NCBI RefSeq assembly: GCF_024521635.1
Contig: NW_026250425.1
Location: 310,001 to 374,000 of the forward strand
DNA length: 64,000 nucleotides
Direction of reading: 5' to 3'
Source of the DNA: Tricharina praecox
Lineage: Eukaryota
Below the pieces are notes generated by a model. The model was given only the letters and a program-made list of their open reading frames with translations, searched no databases and was not told the origin of the DNA. Both the position numbers and the translations under genes were made by a program. Shown one piece after another: positions 61,035 to 64,000 of this stretch; within the stretch, counting starts at the first letter, position 1; each line of letters opens with the position of its first letter.

Positions 61035-64000
61035 ATGTCCACACGAAACAACCTCGCTCTGCACCTTCCCTGGCTACAGCGAGAGAAGCCGTTCATTCCA
61101 CCGCCGCTGAAAGAACCGCGTCCGAGCAATGCGGCACTGCCTCCTGTAGCCATACCGCGTGCGTCCGCTCCTTCGCTTTCGCCGCCGCCTCCATCTCCCC
61201 CGCCACCGCAAACTGCGCCGCCAACGAATCCCCCCGCTACATCCTTCTCGATTCCCTCTTGGAAACCCGTTCAATCACTGCCACCGTCACGGCTGCCACC
61301 ACAGTCGGCAAACCGAGAAGAAGAAGACCCAGACGCGGAAGAGATGGTGGGCGCATTGAAACTAAGCTCGTCGGTTCGAGCCAAGAGACCGAAGCTTGGA
61401 AGTCTTCCTCTCGATTCACATCCGAACTTCGAACGATCAATTCCGACCTCGAATACAGCCAAGCCAGTCCCAAGAACACCAGCAGTTGGATCGCTTAGCA
61501 GGGAGGAGTCAAGGACTGGGCTGCACACCGGTATGGGCTTCTGTACTGTTGTCTCTCGGCTTCGGACGTTGCTGATGTTCCACCCAAGTAACAGGATTGA
61601 TGACGCCTGCTCAAACAGGTGGAAGCTCACGACTCGTTGCGTCTACTACTACTACCAAACGTCCGCCGTCAGATATTATGCAAATCGACACGATCGACCT
61701 CACGGGTGACGACGACGACAATGGTGCGAGACCACCCGTGTACGCTACCCCGCGCTCAGCTGCGCACTCCGCTCGAACGGATGCCCATACGAAGCGGGGC
61801 ACAAGCCGCTATATGGACTCGGACCAAGATCTACCGCCGGTACCGACAAATCCCAGGGCGAATTCCGCCATGCCAATGGTTCCGCCACATGGGTTGAGCA
61901 ATAGTAGGGCTGTCAGGGGAAAGAAACGATTCAGCGGCGATTTCATGGTAGACGATTACGATGTGTCGGCCTCATGCTCCGATGGACCACCTTCGTCAAA
62001 GTCGCCACGGCTGTATAATGCGCGCGCTTTGTCTGCTACTTTGCGGAGCCCGCAGAGACAGCGGCGGATCAACCGCGGGATCGATGAGTCTTTACCGCCA
62101 GCTTCGTCACAGGCCCCTCCAACTCCGGATGCCGATCTCCCTGCTGCTCGGTCTTATCGCCCTCCTCAGCCTACTAGGTCTTCCAGTACGGTTGTTGAAT
62201 CACCCAATACCATACAGAACAAGAGGAGAAAGGTCCAGAATCAGTGTACCACGTGGCAGTCCGATGAGGAGAAGAAGGAAGAGGAAGAGGAAGAGGCGGA
62301 AATGTTCACGCGACAAAGAAAAAAGCGGGCGACATCGCGAACTGCAGGCGTAAAGGAGGAAACTACGCCAATGCACGTACCCCGGCAACTACAAGAAAGC
62401 CAGGACAGTCAACGTTCTCGATCTCAGTGGTTCACACAAGGAGTGGTCAAAGATTCAGACGATGAAGAGGACTTCTCCGATAGCGGCGATCACGAAATGG
62501 AGGAAAGCTACGGTATGGGGGATGATGCTGACCTTCTGAGCTTGCTGGAGGACGAAGAAGCTGCCAGTAACCACAACCCAATCCAGAGGGCCAGCGATAA
62601 GGGCAAAGCATACGCCACGCCAGTACCACGAATTTCGCCTGCTAAGGTCAGACGGTCACCCCGCAAGGCTAAAGATCTTCCAGAGCCAGTTCCACCCAAC
62701 GTGGAGGACGATGACGAGTTTGCAGGGATGTCCGAAACACAGTTGAAGACGATGCTTTCAAGTCTCAAGCAACAGAATTACGAGTTGCTAGATGTCCTCC
62801 AGGATCAGTACTACGATGCGGGAGAAGCACCCCCAATGAAGCTGATTACCGAGAAGAAGAAGCTGAAAGCGAAAATTGATCTCGTTACGAAAAGAATTGC
62901 CAGTGGTGTCTCAATACCCACTGCCAGCAGTAATCCTTCGTTGATCTCTAGCCCCATCAAGAAGCGCAGCGGCATGGTAGAAGCTACTCAGTATCCTCAA
63001 CTGCAGCCGTTCAATGAACCTCCCACGCATACTAATCCTATACCGTCAACGCCATCGAAACGCAATAAGTACGGGGATGAAACCACGGCTAGCCCCATCA
63101 CCCGGACAATACGATCTCCGCTCAAACCTCCGTCCAGGAGACATTTGCATCCTCCTCCTCCCCCGCCAAACCGTCAACCATCTCCGTCTGTTCGACGAGG
63201 CTTTCCCCAGCGAACTCTCGAGGGCCTACGTCCTCCCGACTCTCCACCGCCGTTCGATCCGGACGATTTTGATTTCGAGGAGGTTGATCCAGTTCCTCGG
63301 AATGTTCCTCAGAATGTTCCTCGGCCCGCTTTACAAAGTGAAGACGAAAACTTTGGCAGTGATTTCGAAGTCGAGGATCTGGAAGAAATCGAGGATGATG
63401 ACATTCGGATAATCGATCCACCACCAACTAGAAAGAGAGCACCCCTCGGTCCTTCAACCGGGAATTCACCAACCCGCAGGACCATCGACCAGGTTCTCGG
63501 AAAGAAGCCCCAGTCAACGCAGCTCGCAAATCCACACATTGAGCTCCTCCAGGGGAAACACCATACCCAGCGTGCCGCGACGGTCGATCTGAATAGTCCT
63601 ACCATGCAGTACCCATGGTCAAAAGAAGTCGCCGCTGCCTTGCGCCACCAGTTCAAACTGAAAGGGTTCCGAAGCAATCAGCTCGAGGCCATCAACGAAA
63701 CTCTTTCTGGAAAAGACGTCTTTGTGATCATGCCCACGGGAGGCGGAAAGAGTCTGATCTACCAGCTTCCTGCTGTGGTTAAGTCGGGAAAGACCCGAGG
63801 CGTGACTATCGTTGTCTCGCCATTACTCTCTCTGATGACCGATCAGGTGGATCATCTTCACGCGAACAATGTTATGGCGTTCTTGCTCAACGGAGAGATC
63901 GAGGAGGCGAGGAAGAAGTTGATATTTCAATGGTTGCGAGACCCCGATGTCGAAAACATGATATCCTTGCTTTACGTAACCCCTGAGATGATCGGAAAGA
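61035..64000 (+). CDS. SGS1: RecQ helicase Sgs1/BLM orthologue, 5' part (runs off window)
   Basis: N-terminus MSTRNNLALHLPWL, intron 61531..61594, a long low-complexity exon, then YPWSKEV..FRSNQLEAIN..MPTGGGKSLIYQLPA..VVSPLLSLMTDQV..LLYVTPEM. Confidence 0.95.

Overview
Eukaryotic DNA from a filamentous ascomycete (Pezizomycotina; finer placement not attempted). Genes have short GT-AG introns with CTRAC-like branch points, and the spacers are rich in microsatellites. About 21 protein-coding genes were rebuilt by hand across introns. In order: ARL8 (3' end), a DUF6697-like protein, KAR9 (several apparent +1 frameshifts), a secreted Cys-rich precursor, arginase, a Ser/Thr-rich single-pass membrane protein, a divergent YIP1/BET1 pair, NUP159, an FAD-linked oxidase, a small membrane protein, WDR5/SWD3, a 3-hydroxyacyl-CoA-dehydrogenase-family gene, a QutD/GAT-1-like MFS transporter, D-galacturonate reductase gaaA, a DUF2264 gene, SUS1, a GNAT, an NTF2/SnoaL-like protein, an SDR and the 5' part of SGS1/RecQ. 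Three observations stand out. (1) A signal-peptide precursor has Lys-Arg sites bracketing a 32-aa, 9-Cys peptide resembling fungal copper metallothioneins. (2) A putative uronic-acid locus has gaaA head-to-head with a DUF2264 gene and near a transporter and a lambda-crystallin-like dehydrogenase. (3) KAR9 is frameshifted and sits beside a 546-bp T-free purine tract. No tRNA, rRNA or CRISPR features were found. All family assignments come from motif recognition and recall, not database searches.
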